This document shows, one piece after another, positions 25,129-38,035 of a stretch of DNA of 64,000 bases (position 1 is its first letter; each line of letters begins with the position of its first letter). A program made the translations under genes and the position numbers. This DNA is from Ginglymostoma cirratum (Eukaryota): positions 31,684,574-31,748,573 of the forward strand of contig JAHRHZ010000218.1 in NCBI GenBank assembly GCA_024137785.1. The letters run 5' to 3'. Below the pieces are notes generated by a model, which worked only from the letters and a program-made list of their open reading frames with translations, was not told the origin of the DNA and searched no databases.

Positions 25129-25699
25129 ATATACAGAGAGATTAGGCATGTAAGACTCAAAGTTGGCTTGTGTAACCACAAAGGTGTCACAAGATGGAAA
25201 AAATGACAGATGAAATGAAAACCTTGCCAGTGGAATTCGGATAAAGTGTTTCTGTGGGGTGATGTGTTGTGCTAAAGCAGTCATCCAGAGATACCTGTGC
25301 AACCTGTGTTTACTGTCTGCTTTCAGAAACTGCAATTATTTCTGCAGCCAAGTGACACTGTGATGCTACAAGCACAATGCATTTTTCTGTGTTTTACGGA
25401 ACAAAGTTGACCCATATTCCTGTCCTCTAAGTGAAAGGATCCTTGCAGGGCGTACTATTCACACCTATCTAGTTTGTTTGGATAACAGCATGAGTTAGAA
25501 AAACGATTTAACTCTGTTTATTTAACCAGATTTTGTAGATTTTATTTTCCCAAACACTGGATGCAACAAGAGTTTATTGTGTTTTAAATAGCATTGCTTC
25601 GGTTGTTTTCATATTGGAGCTGTGTGCTTTGGATGAGAGTGAGCGTATTGTGAACTGCTGTTCTCCTTTGTCCATATCTCTGCTCGGTTAATAAGTCGC

Positions 25700-26300
25700 A
25701 TAGAAAGGAAAGCACCTTTTGATAACCTCGGGATGTACCAGTGTGCTTTGCAGCTAATAATACACTTTAGAAGTGTAGTTATCATTGTAACATTGAAAAA
25801 ATGATGGCCAATTTGCACAGTGCAAGATTCCGCAAACCACAGTGTAACAATGGCCCAATTATCTTTTATAATGAAACAAAAACAGAAATTTCTGGACAAG
25901 CTCAGCGGGTCTGGCAGAATCTGTGGAGAGAAATCAGAATTAATGTTTCTGGTCCAGTGACTCTTCCTCAACAGTTCCAAGGAAGGGTCCTGAAATGTTA
26001 ACTCTGATTTCTTTCCACAGTGTTGTCAGCCCTGCTGAGCATTTCCAGCAATGTCTGTGTTTGTTTGATTTCCAGCATCTGCACATCTTCTGGTTTTTAT
26101 CTTTTATAATGATGATGTTTGAAGGATAAACATTTGCCAAGATGTAAAGTAGAATCATCTGCTCTCAAAATAGTTCTAAGGAATCTTTTGCATTTACAAG
26201 AGTGGACTTCATTTAATATCTTATCCAAAAGGCAGCCCCTTTGACAGTGTAGCAACCCTTCAGTATGGCACTGGAAAGTCAGCTTAGATTTTATGCTAAA
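25700..26300 (-). mobile_element. Deu-domain SINE hosting a foldback insertion
   Basis: GGCCAATTTGCACAGTGCAAGATTCCGCAAAC is the reverse Deu-domain; the SINE continues after 26112. Confidence 0.65.
25875..26096. mobile_element. PLE family-B tail foldback with 16-bp TSD
   Basis: Inverted arms centred near 25972; TTATCTTTTATAATGA at 25859-25874 and 26097-26112; hammerhead cores decayed. Confidence 0.85.
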
Positions 26301-26364
26301 AAAATGGTAGGGTTAGGATGCTATTGGCAAAAGTGGACATGATGATTGGTTGCAGAATGATCAT

Positions 26365-26660
26365 GGTTCAGTGGTAATGTTACTGGACTAGAAATCCAAA
26401 TGCCAGAAAAACGCTCTGGGAACGTGAGTTCAAATCCCAATGCAGTTGGTGGAAGTGGAATTCAGTTAGTATTCCGGAAAACAACGTTAGATCAGTAATG
26501 GTAATCATGAAGCCATCATTGATGTTGCAAAAATCCATTTGATTCACTAATATCCTTTAGAGAAGGAAACCAGTTGTCCTTACTTAGTCTGGCCAACATA
26601 TGATTCCATACTCACAGGAAAGCCGGCCACACCAGTGACACCCACATCCCATGGAAGAGT
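26365..26660 (+). mobile_element. tRNA-derived SINE (TCCTTTAGGGAAGGAAA family)
   Basis: Homologous to 48445-48782. Confidence 0.7.
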
Positions 26661-27904
26661 AAAAGGGACAAAACGACACAGTACGACTCTGAAGGACATT
26701 TTCTTCAGCGTAATCTTAACCGATTTGAGGTGTGCTTCTCCAGCCCGGTAATAAATTTAGGAACATTGCACTTGACCTGAGTAATTTAGAGATAAATTGA
26801 ACTGCATTCCGTACCTACAAATCATCTTTGAAAGAGGGCTCAGGGACGCTTATGAGCACTTATTGTGGGGGGAAAAAAGTACCTTTATAATCGTGATCAA
26901 TCGTGATAAGCCTGCAGAAAAAGAGTGGCTGTCAAGTATGTTTCAAAATGCCATGTACATTGGATACTTAAGTATCAGCGTGTCGTGTCATTCCTTCTGA
27001 TTTAACAAGAAATAATTTACGTTCAATTATATTGCAATTTGAAGACTATAGGTTCTATGGAGAAGAGCTCTTTGTTATTACTTTGTTTGTGTAGGTACAG
27101 TTGATGTGTATTCTGCAGTTTACACTCCCTGAATATCCTTCTTGGCTGATCAGTATTAGCATGATGTGCTATGTATTGCTTAACATTAATGTATTTTTCT
27201 TTTGGAAAAAAATGATCTTGTGATAGGCAAATTAGGTATTTGAAATCTGTTGCCTGCATCTGTGGATTTAGTCCATCACTTCACTTGCATAGATTTTGGC
27301 TTTGAGCTTCAGTATACATGATGAGTATCCAAAAAGTAGATGCCTTGGATAGGAAGATAAATCCACAAAGAATAATGAACGCAGATCATTATTTTTAATG
27401 GTATGTTAGATATGTGAATTTCAGTATCTCTCTGAAGTGGTACTTTTATTAGTTATTGGATGTGGTGCTGCTCATATGGTTGGCATTTGTTGCCCTTCTC
27501 TGGTTGTCCTGGGAACAGAGCATTGGATCTACTCCAGTCCAGTAATAATGGTACTTTAGCCAAGAAATGCATCACGACTAGGAAGATGAAGTGCAGCATA
27601 ACTTGAATGGAAAAAATCCTACATAGACTGAGTAATCCAGTTAACAACATGCCAACGTATAACAATCATGCAGTGACAAAATTAGGCAAATTTAGCAGGT
27701 GACAGAAAAGTGGTAGACAGGATATTTAGAAAGGGTAAAATTGAATTAAGTTGTTAAAATTATGAGGCAATACACCATTTGTAAATTATAGGCACTGATG
27801 CACATCATATTTGATCATTTTAGTACCTAATTGAGTTTCAGAACTATGTGAGGGATAGGGCATTATCAGAAGTGTCTGTACTATATCCTAATTGTATTTT
27901 TTAA

Positions 27905-28712
27905 AGTTTCATTCATGGGATACTGGGGGCAGCATTTATTGCCCACCCCTATTTACCGTTTGAGAAGGAGGTGGTAAGCTGTGTTCTTGAACCGCTGTAC
28001 CCCATGTGCTGTAGATAGATTCACAATGCTTTTAGGCAGGTAGATCCAGGATTTTGACTCCATGACAGTGATAATAGTTCCAAAACAGGTGGTGAGTGGC
28101 TTGGATGGAAATTTGCACGTAGTGGATTTCCCTCATGACTGCCGCTCTTGTCTTTCTAGATGGAAGTGTTTATGGTCTTGGAAGATGCTGTTTAAGGAGC
28201 CTTGGTGAATTTCTGCAGTGCATCTTGTAGATGGTGTGCACTGATGAGCATTGGTGGTGGTGGGAATGGATGTTTGTGGATGAAGTGCCAATCAAATGGG
28301 CTCTTTGTCCTGGGTGGTGTCAAGCCACTCATCCAGGCAAGTGGGGAGTATTCCATCACATTCCTGATTTATGCCTTTTCTGTGAGGGATAGGCTTTGGG
28401 AGTCAGACAATGAGTTATTCACTGGAGAACATCTATCTTCTGACCTGTTTTTGTAGCCACAGTATTTATACAGACAGTCCAGTTCCATTTCGTGTCAATG
28501 GTAACCCTAGGATGCTGATTGTGGGGAGGGGTTCAGAAATTGTGATGTGCCATTAGATGTTAAAGGGCAGCAGTTGGATTCTCTCTTGTTGGAGATGGTC
28601 ATTACCTGGAGTTTGTTTGATACAAATATTACTTGTCACTTGTCAGCCTAAATAAGGATATTATCTGGGCCTTGCTGTATTTGAACATGAACTGCATCAG
28701 CATTTGATGAGC
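27905..28712 (-). mobile_element. CR1/L2-group LINE (second family) fragment
   Basis: Reverse homologue of 21775-22452 (GCATTTATTGCCC..GGTAACCCTAGGATGCTGAT). Confidence 0.8.
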
Positions 28713-29457
28713 CTAAATAATTTGTATTCACAGTCGCATTATGCGGTAAAGTTCGAAGTGATCCACAAAAGGAACTATTAGAATAGAGGACCTAAAGCTG
28801 AGTCAATAAGGTGGTTTTTGAGGAGCATCTTAAGAAGAAAGAAATGTAGATTGTTTTACAGAGAGAATTCCAGTGTTCTAAGCTTTGGCAACATGATTCA
28901 CTTGGTCCTAATGATGTTTCCAAATTCCAACAGATTGGCACAATGGCCATGACTGAATATCTCAGCCATGTCCCAGTTCATGATATGTTTCTGTCATTCA
29001 GTTTCCCATGCTGGACAAGTCTTAATCAGGATTCATGACTGAAATACTCTACTCTTCCATTTTCTATGCCAATGTTTCTGTAACACATGCTAATGCAACA
29101 AACAGAATTAGACTTAAGGGCTGGGATGGATTGTGGAGAAATCAACCAATGAAATTTTGGGTGCTGTCCCAGGTCCTGAAGTCATGCTGTTCAGATTATA
29201 ATGACCTGGAGTTTCCAAGGAGTGTCAATCATTGGCACCTTTCTCGGACCTTCCCCAACTGGACACTGTACATTTCTTGCAGGGCGTTTTAACCCTGATA
29301 TAACCAGAGATGTGGAACACAGCGCCTCTTGGAGAGCTCCATTGCAGAGGAGTAGAGCTGGGCAAACACAGGGCACGTAAGCTTTGCACAGTGCTACATT
29401 CAAGCTGCAGTATGAAGTCTTGTGAATGAATGAGTGGATGGGGTAGGAAAGTGGGTA

Positions 29458-29694
29458 CATAAACAAAGTTTCTGGGAAAGCTCAGCAGGTCTGTCAACAT
29501 CTGTGAAGGGAAAATCAGAGTTAACGTTTCGAGTCTGGTGACCCTTCCTCAGAACTGTTCTGAGGAAGGATCACCGGACCCCAAACGTTAACTCTGTTTT
29601 TTCCTTCACAGATGCTGACAGACCTGCTGAGCTTTTCCAGAAACTTTGTTTTTGTTCCTGATTTATAGCATCTGCAGTTCTTTTGGTGTTTAGT
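29458..29694. mobile_element. PLE family-B foldback with two divergent hammerhead cores and a 14-bp TSD
   Basis: Long inverted arms around CAGAACTGTTCTG (centre ~29556); TAGGAAAGTGGGTA at 29444-29457 and 29695-29708. Confidence 0.9.
29519..29556 (-). ncRNA. Minimal hammerhead ribozyme, family B (intact core)
   Basis: Minus strand reads AGUU-CUGAGGA-A-GGGUC(ACCA)GACUC-GAAA-CG-UU^AACU. Confidence 0.75.
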
Positions 29695-32111
29695 TAGGAA
29701 AGTGGGTAGGTTGGCAGGTGGGGCCAGATAGTGGTCAGGTTCTGGTTGGTGGAGAGGGGTCAGACTGTGGGAAGTTAGGGAGGTGACCAAGTGTCCAGAG
29801 AGGTAATCAGTGAATAGGGATGTAGCTGGGTTCAAGGATCTGATTGGAGCAGGGGAGGGGTGCGTTAACTGGATGCCAGTATTGTAGTTAGCCAGGTGAT
29901 GGGGTTTTTTTCTGACTAACATTTCCTGACAACAATTCAGGTAATTGTACTGGCTTTGGTCTCCCAGGCAGTGACTTTTGCACAAAAGTCCCAGAGATCT
30001 GGAGAATTGCTTGTTGGATGTTGAAAATTCCCTGGGAACTGCCATGTACTTCAGCTTGTTTGGGCTTTCACATGTCATGATGCAAATCTCTATTTGTACA
30101 TCAGGCCTCCATTGGTCCAGGGGCCTGAAGGTTTGGACCAATATGTTTAGACTGAAGCTATTTTCTAATCAATCTGCTCAGAATTATTACTACGCACCTC
30201 AATGACAGATGGGACTTGAACCTGGGCTTCCAGGTCAGAGACTGGGACACTACCACTGCAACACTAAAACCTTGTGTATGGATTGGATGCAGTGAGGGAG
30301 AATGCAGCCCTATGGTCTTCTAAGACTATGGTGGCTTTACCTTGTAAACCAAGTCAGAAATTACTTTCATCGAGGCTGGTAGAATTTAGAATGGCCCACC
30401 TCCTGAACGATTACAAACAGAGCTATAATTACATGCACAGCAGAATCATGTATTAAACTTGGAAAGATTGCAATAACAACAAAAGAAATGGCCTCAAGGT
30501 CATACTGAAGCTTGGCAATTGTACAGTTTTTAGAAATTACAGAAGATTTGTGTTAAATGGTTAAATAATAACACACTTGCTGTACGTTCGTTGATTTATT
30601 TGATAACCAGAAACTATGTTTACACCAATCATGAACAATGCAGGAAGTGAAACTTGAATTGTAATGATAAAACCAAGTTGTTACCAAATGCTTCAGCCAG
30701 CTTTAGGAAAAGAGAGATTACAGTAGGTTAGTTAAAATGAATGTCCTTTTATTAGGCAGTTGACTTTCACAATTACAGAAAATCCTATGGCAGATTGGCA
30801 GGATCATGCCATGGTCAACAGAAGTGGATACTATGAGGGTTATATCTGAACTAACTGCAGATGGACAGCCTTACATAGGATTCTGAAGCTCATTGCAAAG
30901 GTGATTGTATTTCTGTTTCTGGGGAGTGGGCAGTTCTGAGATCAGGTTCCTGCCAGTCAATTACTGCTTTCAGCCATAAGGGCATTGTAGCTCTTGGGAA
31001 TGGATTGGCATTTTTGCACCACTACTCACCCTAGGGAGTTAATGCCCTGACAATGCTATAGGGCACTGCCTTGTACCAAAATGGATCAGTCCCAAAAGGG
31101 GAGACGACTTTTCAGGTTTGTGAAAATTGAGGGCAATCACACGAATGCCACCAATGCAAGCTTTCAGTCGAAGATTGTTTTAACAGTCTGGTTGCAGCCT
31201 TATTGGCAAACTGCCATGTCATTGTTGAGTGTTTTGCAGGCTGCTAATAGACAGATAAATCTTCAAGGAGCTGTAGGGTGTTACAGTTGTGAATAAAATT
31301 AGATTGAATCCAGGCTCAGTCTCCTCGCTGCACCGCTAGGGGTTGATAGAGTAATGATGTCAGTTCACCGAGTGACAAGAGGGATTCGACTGGCTCTACC
31401 TTGAAATGAATGGCAGCTTGAACATCTGGCATGTATTCCAGCTCTGTGTGCAATGAGAGTCTCTACAGCAATACTCCTTAAAGAACAAATATTATCTGCT
31501 GAAGTTTAAGTATTGCTCTGAGAACCAGAAAGGGTGTCATTCAGACAAGGCTGGCGTCAGTAATTAAGCTGTCTCAGCTGGATGAACTGTTGCACACGTT
31601 ACACATGGATTGGGAATGAGTGAGCTTGGTCCTTTGTCAAGATGCATGAGAAAATGGAATCAGACATGTGATACCTTCGATACCAATTAAGGCGAGGTGA
31701 AACCCTGTACCATATCAGATTGCAATCTCATCTAATATGACTTCCTTCAACTTATGGTTTTAGTTTTTTTTAAGCAAGGCTGCGTCATCTCTGCAGCCTC
31801 CTCTTAATCCGAACTGAATAGCTCCTTTTTACAGAAATCTCAGGTGTAGACTCACTTCAGGTGAAATTCCTGACATTAAGGTTTTTTGGATGAGAGACAG
31901 ACGTAACTGAAGCCCTGTCTGTCTGTCCAGGATGAGGCCCACTTGGAGTGTTATGCCAAGTGTCCTGACCAATATTTACCTTCTTCGTCAATATCATAAA
32001 ACAACAGATTAATTAGTCATTACAAAGTGCCTGTTTGGGGGAGCTTGCTGTGCACAAATTAGCTGCCACACTTCCTATGTTAAAACGGTGACTACATTTT
32101 AAAAGGTACTT

Positions 32112-32637
32112 AGATAACACAGTATGGAGCTGGAGGAATACAGCAGGCCAGGCAGCATNNNNNNNNNNNNNNNNNNNNNNNNNNNNNNNNNNNNNNNNNN
32201 NNNNNNNNNNNNNNNNNNNNNNNNNNNNNNNNNNNNNNNNNNNNNNNNNNNNNNNNNNNNNNNNNNNNNNNNNNNNNNNNNNNNNNNNNNNNNNNNNNNN
32301 NNNNNNNNNNNNNNNNNNNNNNNNNNNNNNNNNNNNNNNNNNNNNNNNNNNNNNNNNNNNNNNNNNNNNNNNNNNNNNNNNNNNNNNNNNNNNNNNNNNN
32401 NNNNNNNNNNNNNNNNNNNNNNNNNNNNNNNNNNNNNNNNNNNNNNNNNNNNNNNNNNNNNNNNNNNNNNNNNNNNNNNNNNNNNNNNNNNNNNNNNNNN
32501 NNNNNNNNNNNNNNNNNNNNNNNNNNNNNNNNNNNNNNNNNNNNNNNNNNNNNNNNNNATGCTGCCTGGCCTGCTGTATTCCTCCAGCTCCATACTGTGT
32601 TATCTCTGACTCCAGCATCGGCAGTTCTTGCTATCTC
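32112..32637. mobile_element. PLE family-A-type foldback insertion spanning an assembly gap, 15-bp TSD
   Basis: Perfect 47-bp inverted repeat at 32112-32158 and 32559-32605; TTTTAAAAGGTACTT at 32097-32111 and 32638-32652. Confidence 0.9.
32159..32558. other. Assembly gap (400 N)
   Basis: Run of N. Confidence 1.
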
Positions 32638-33024
32638 TTTTAAAAGGTACTTCACAGGTTGTAAAGAAATTCAAGACACTGGATGTTTGTGAAAAGCACG
32701 ACATAACTTCAAATCTTTCTTCCTTTGTGCCATTAATGAAAAAGTAAACAGATCACTGGCAAAATAGGAGATCCAGATTTGCAACTGAATCTTTTGTTCT
32801 TAAAATCAAAGGAGGAAATGTCACCCACCAATTCATACTGGTCAACTTCTCTGCTGTACATAAGTCCAGTGTAGTGCTCAGCTATTTCCTGATTCTCCCT
32901 TGTTGTATCCAGGAAAAACTAAAGATTCCAGTGCTGCAGCAGTAGTATCCCTGTCTCTGAGCCAGGAGGCCAAGGTTCAGATCCCGTGAGCCATTGCAAA
33001 GGACAATGGCAGCTAATGCATGTG

Positions 33025-33240
33025 ACCACCACTGCACCATTCTGACTTGAAATTTATCACCAGCCCTTCATTATCAGAGTGAAAATCCTGTAACTCCTTT
33101 ATTAACAGCATTGTGGCTGTCTCTACATCCTCAAGGACTGCAGTGGTTCAAGAATGCAGCTCATCAACACCTTCCCTAGGGCAGATAAGGATGAGCAGGA
33201 AGTGTTGGCCTAATCAGCAAGCCCTATGAAATAATAAATA
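33025..33240 (+). mobile_element. CR1/L2-group LINE (second family) 3' end
   Basis: CTGACTTGAAA..AAAATCCTG..GGACTGCAGTGGTTCAAGAATGCAGCTCA, as in 22260-22450. Another copy lies at ~38085-38352. Confidence 0.7.
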
Positions 33241-34159
33241 AAAATGGGGAGATGCTCTGTCCACCCTCTCTGTCTCTACATCTTGCACCGCTATGGAATG
33301 TTTTTGGTTTGGTCAAGATGATTTAAGCATTTTACATCCCTGTTTGCCTGCAATTTGTTTACAAAATCTTTCTGTCAATCTAAATGCCGATTGTTTCCAC
33401 GTTCCCTATACTCGGCACATAAAAACTAAGATGTCTCATCCATCATTTTTATCTGCTCCCTGACAGCCTAACAAACATGGGAAAGGAGCCAAAAACCACA
33501 AGAGTTACATATTCCCTGGAATGCAGCAGCCATTTTGAAAGCTAGCCAGAGTACGTGGTGTAGCTATATACTGCGCAAGATTGAGGACCTACTGCTTATC
33601 ACTGTATTTCAGCTTACTTTACTGTTAGACAGAAACATAATTGATGATCTTAAGTTGCTGAACAGCTCCATTTTTCAACAAAAAGAGTGATTTTTATTCA
33701 ACAATATGCAGCACACTTAGGGTACTATCTGCTATAGTTTTGTAAAATCAGTAAAGTGCCCAGCCAGAACAATGATGCGTGATTGGATTGAACAGCAGAG
33801 GCAGTATAGTCTACTCCTGCTCCCATCTCTTGTGTTCCTGTGCCTAGACAGTCACTTGATTACAATGCATTCATTATTACGACGTTGTGACGGGAATGCA
33901 TTTTGTCAATAAGAGATTTAATCAGATGGCTGAGGCTGGAACGCTCATGTTTTGTTTTTGACCATTTATGGGATGGTTATTCCATAAAGTGAGAGCTGGA
34001 CCTGTTTCTAGCTGGAGCAGGATCACCTTGTAAGAAAGGAAAGTACTGTATGGCATTACTCATGGCCTGTTGGATTAGTTACAGTCATAAATGGTGGCAT
34101 CGGCAGCATGTTGCTTTTACTTGTATAGCTTTACTATGGGCTTCTGTATTAGTAGTTGC

Positions 34160-34358
34160 CTTAGTACCAGAGGGCCATTGGGCTACTATCCCATTAGAGC
34201 AATGTCTGGTGGTGAGTTTACTGTGAAGGGTTCCATGCCTCAGGAAGAGATTGAGAAACTGGGACCCTTTCAGTGATCTTGGCCAATGTTGAGAATTGAA
34301 CCCACGCTATTGGTGTCACTCTGCATTGCAAAGCACCCACTGAGCCAACTGACTCCCA
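34160..34358 (-). mobile_element. tRNA-derived SINE, same family as 1853-2048
   Basis: CTGGTGGTGAGTTTA..ATGCCTCAGG..GAATTGAACCCAC..GAGCCAACTGACTCCC. Confidence 0.65.
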
Positions 34359-34361
34359 CTT

Positions 34362-35109
34362 ATAGAACATAGAACATAGAACATTACAGCACAGTACAGG
34401 CCCTTCGGCCCTTGATGTTGCACTGACCTGTGAAACCAATCTGAAGCCCGTCTAACCTACACTATTCCATTTTCATCCATATGTTTATCCAACGACCATT
34501 TAAATGCTCTTAAAGTTGGCGAGTCTACAACTGCTGCAGGCAAGGCATTCCATGCCCTTACTACTCTCTGAGTAAAGAATCTACCTCTGACATCTGTCCT
34601 ATATCTATCACCCCTCAATTTAAAGCTATGTACCCTCGTGCTAGCCGTCACCATCCGAGGAATAAGGCTCTCACAGTCCACCCTATCTAATCCTCTGATC
34701 ATCTTGTATGTCTCTATTAAGTCACCTCTTAACCTTCTTCTCTCTAACGAAAACAGCCTCAAGTCCCTCGGCCTTTCCTCATAAGACCTTCCCTCCATAC
34801 CAGGCAACATCCTGGTAAATCTCCTCTGCACCCTTTCCAATGCTTCCACATCCTTCCTATAATGCGGTGACCAGAACTGTACGCAATACTCCAACTGCGG
34901 CCGCACCAGAGTTTTGTACAGCTGCAACATGACCTCACGGCTCCGAAACGCAATCCCTCTACCAATAAAACCTAACACACCGTACGCCTTCTTAACAACC
35001 CTATCGACCTGGGTGGCAACTTTCAGGGATCTATGCACATGGACACAGAGATCTCTCTGCTTGTCCACACTACCAAGAATCTTACCATTAGTCCAGTACT
35101 CTGTATTCC
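34362..35109 (-). mobile_element. Young CR1 (HER1-like) LINE 3' fragment with (GTTCTAT)n tail
   Basis: 223-aa open frame LYKTLVRPQLEYCVQFWSPHYRKDVEALERVQRRFTRM...; ATAGAAC repeats at 34362-34382. Confidence 0.96.
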
Positions 35110-35518
35110 AGATCTCTGTATCACACAATTCATATTATGAATTCCAAATCCAGTGATGATATCATTACACCACTGTCTCTGATTTGTTTTACCAATGAAT
35201 TATGTTAATTTTAAACTTCCCCGCTTCAGCGGTGAAACTTGAACTTGTGACTCTGGATCATACTCCGATTCTCTGGATTGCTAGTTCAGCAACATAACCA
35301 CAACGCTATTTGTACCCCTATTGGCTGCTAAGGTTAGATGAAGAGTGAAGGGAAGCTTGTATGGAAGAAAAATCCTGATAGAGACTTGGTGGGCCAAATG
35401 GCCTGTTCCGAATTGTAGACTCAATGTGATTCCATGTAAATGTGACATTGCCTAATTCTGCATCTGCCACTTGAGGGAGGTGACGGTCTAGTAGTATTAT
35501 CACTGCATGGTTAATTTC

Positions 35519-35840
35519 GGACAGCACAGTGGCTCAATGGTTAGCACTGCTGCCTCACAGCACCAGGAACTCAGGTTCAATTCCACCCTCGGGTAACTGT
35601 CTGTGTGGAGATTGCATTCTCCCTGTGTCTGCATGGGTTTCCTCCAGGTGCTCCAGTTTGCTCCCACAGTCCAAAAATGTGCAAGCTAGGTGGATTGCCC
35701 ATACTAAATTACCTATAGTGTTCAGGGGTGTGTAGATTAGGTGAGTTATAGGGGAATGGGTCTGGGTGGGATGCTCTGAGGGTCAGTGTGGATTTGTTGG
35801 GCTGAAGGGCTTGTTTCCACACTGTAGGGATTCTATGATT
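35519..35840 (+). mobile_element. HE1-like V-SINE
   Basis: GTGGCTCAATGGTTAGCACTGCTGCCTCACAGC head, V-domain and GGGATTCTATGATT tail. Confidence 0.92.
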
Positions 35841-37473
35841 CACTACACTAACATCAAAAAAAACTTATTCTGTGTTAGTTACAGAAACGTGGCACATTTA
35901 CAGCAGTCCTGGAGAAATGACAGCATCACAATCATTACGAGGATGAAGGGGGGAATGGGAGACATTTGAACTTTTTTTGAAATGTATTCACCGGATGAGG
36001 GCATCAGGAACTAGGCAGGCATTCAGTACCTGTCCCTAATTGCCCCGACAGCAGTTGGAAGTCAATCACATTACTGTGGGTCTGGAGTCACGTGTAACTC
36101 AGACTGGGCGAAGCAGGTTCCTTCCCTAAATGACATCATTGAACCAAATGGGAACATATCAGCCTATAGCTAAGCATCAATATCCTGGCTGTTCATTGAT
36201 ATCGTCCATTCTGGTGTGAAAAAGCTTTTTCTTTATAAGTTAAATACCTGCTGCATTGTATGATTGGACATAATGCCCCTTGGACTTCTGTAGTATCGTA
36301 TACAGATCAAGTGTAAAACCCATTCTGGGGTCTAAAGATTCTGCCTCAGATATCAGTGAGACAAAATACCTTCGATGCCATCTACTTCATGTGGTACACC
36401 TCATTTCCACTACTAAGCGGTAGTACATCTCATAATAAAACTGTTTTCTTGGAGATCCTGTGGACCAGGATCTGTCTTGTGTGGCTAATTCATCAGCAGT
36501 TCATCTTCATGAACTGGAACACCTTCATGAGCAGGTGACTAATCTGCTGTTAACCTGGCTGCAGCAACAAGGTGTTTTAGAAAGCCTTCTTTATAACCCC
36601 TTTCCTTGCTGTGACCGTGTTATACAAGGTAAATGCTTGGTTGTGGCCTATTTTGATTAGATTTCAATCACATTGCTGTCTTGTTGAAGGTATCACCGTA
36701 TGTATTTGCTCTGGACCTCTTCCTCAAGACCATGCTTGAATAAACACGTACAGTTGTCTGAGGTGTCATCTCTAAGTCTCAATGATAGAATGTGGGAAAG
36801 AGTTTTATGATCACACAAACAATGTCACCATATCTCCAACATGGTTTCAGACTTTTGCCAAAAGTCTATGGTTTGACCAATATCTTCTCATCCTGCCTCA
36901 GTCCTCATGCCCATAATGCAGTTCTTCAGGCAGGGTGCGAATTTTTTCTTCGATCCCCATTCCATCTCCAGTACAAAAGGCTTCAGTATAACCAACTTCA
37001 CGTTCATGCACATGAATGAAGTAGAAACATGGTTTCCTGATTCAAAGATATTAATATGATACAGGAGTAAATAATATAATGGCTTACAGAGATTGTTTTT
37101 GTATGAGAGAGAGCAAGCATTGGCTTACAGTAGTCATTTATTGCGGGTTTCAAGGGATTGACTGTGATGCTTCGATGCACGTTTAAAGGAAGGAGGTGAG
37201 GAATTATCATCTGCAGATCAAAGCTCGCTCTGGTTTTTAAACTGGCTTCTTTCCATTGCAATGCACTGTGATCAGCAATGGTGAGACATCAAAATCCTCC
37301 CCCTCCCCCCCCACCCCCCCAATTAATACAGACTGTCCCACACAACCATGATGCCATCTTCGTTACATTAACCATAGTCTCCACCTTGGCAAAATACTCT
37401 TGACACCAATAAAGCTACAGTTAAAATCCCAGGCCAACAACAGTAAAAAAGAGAGAAACTCCCTTTAAGATGA

Positions 37474-37780
37474 AATCATAGAATCCCTACAGTGTGGAAG
37501 CTATTTGGCCTCAACCCCCTCTGAACAGCATTCCATCCAGACCCACGCTATTACTCTGCATTTCCCATGGCCAATTCACATAGCCTGCACATCCCTAAAC
37601 ACTACAGACAATTTAGCATGGCCAAGCCACCTAACCTGCACATTTTTGGACTGTGGAAGGAAACCCACGCAGATATGGGGAGAATGTGCAAACTCTACAC
37701 AATCACCCAAGGATAGAATCAAACCCAGGTACTCGGTGCTATGAGGCAGCAATGCTAACCACTGAGCCATTGTACCACCC
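37474..37780 (-). mobile_element. HE1-like V-SINE
   Basis: Reverse copy running from AATCATAGAATCCCTACAGTGTGG to GCTAACCACTGAGCCA. Confidence 0.9.
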
Positions 37781-37789
37781 TTTAAGGTG

Positions 37790-38035
37790 GACGTGCATTT
37801 CAGAAACACTGGATGTCCCAAAGTACCATTGAATTATCTTTGAAGTGTAGTAATGTAGGAAATGCAGAAGGCAGTTTTGCACCCAGCAAATTGCCACTAA
37901 CAGTAATGACAGACCAGCTTTTATTGTGTGTGTTGTAGGTTGAGGGATAAATGTTGGCCAAAATACTGGGGGTTAAATCCCTGCTTTTGTTTGAAATAAT
38001 GCAATAACTGTACGCACCATCCACAGGATCCACTG
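37790..38035 (-). mobile_element. Deu-domain SINE fragment
   Basis: TTTGAAGTGTAGTAATGTAGGAAATGCAG..GTTGAGGGATAAATGTTGGCCA. Confidence 0.6.

Larger units (their letters stand above)
31830..32720 (+). mobile_element. Deu-domain SINE interrupted by a family-A foldback
   Basis: CTGTTTGGGGGAGCTTGCTGTGCACAAATTAGCTGCC..GTGACTACA, resuming GTACTTCACAGGTTGTAAAG after 32637. Confidence 0.7.
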
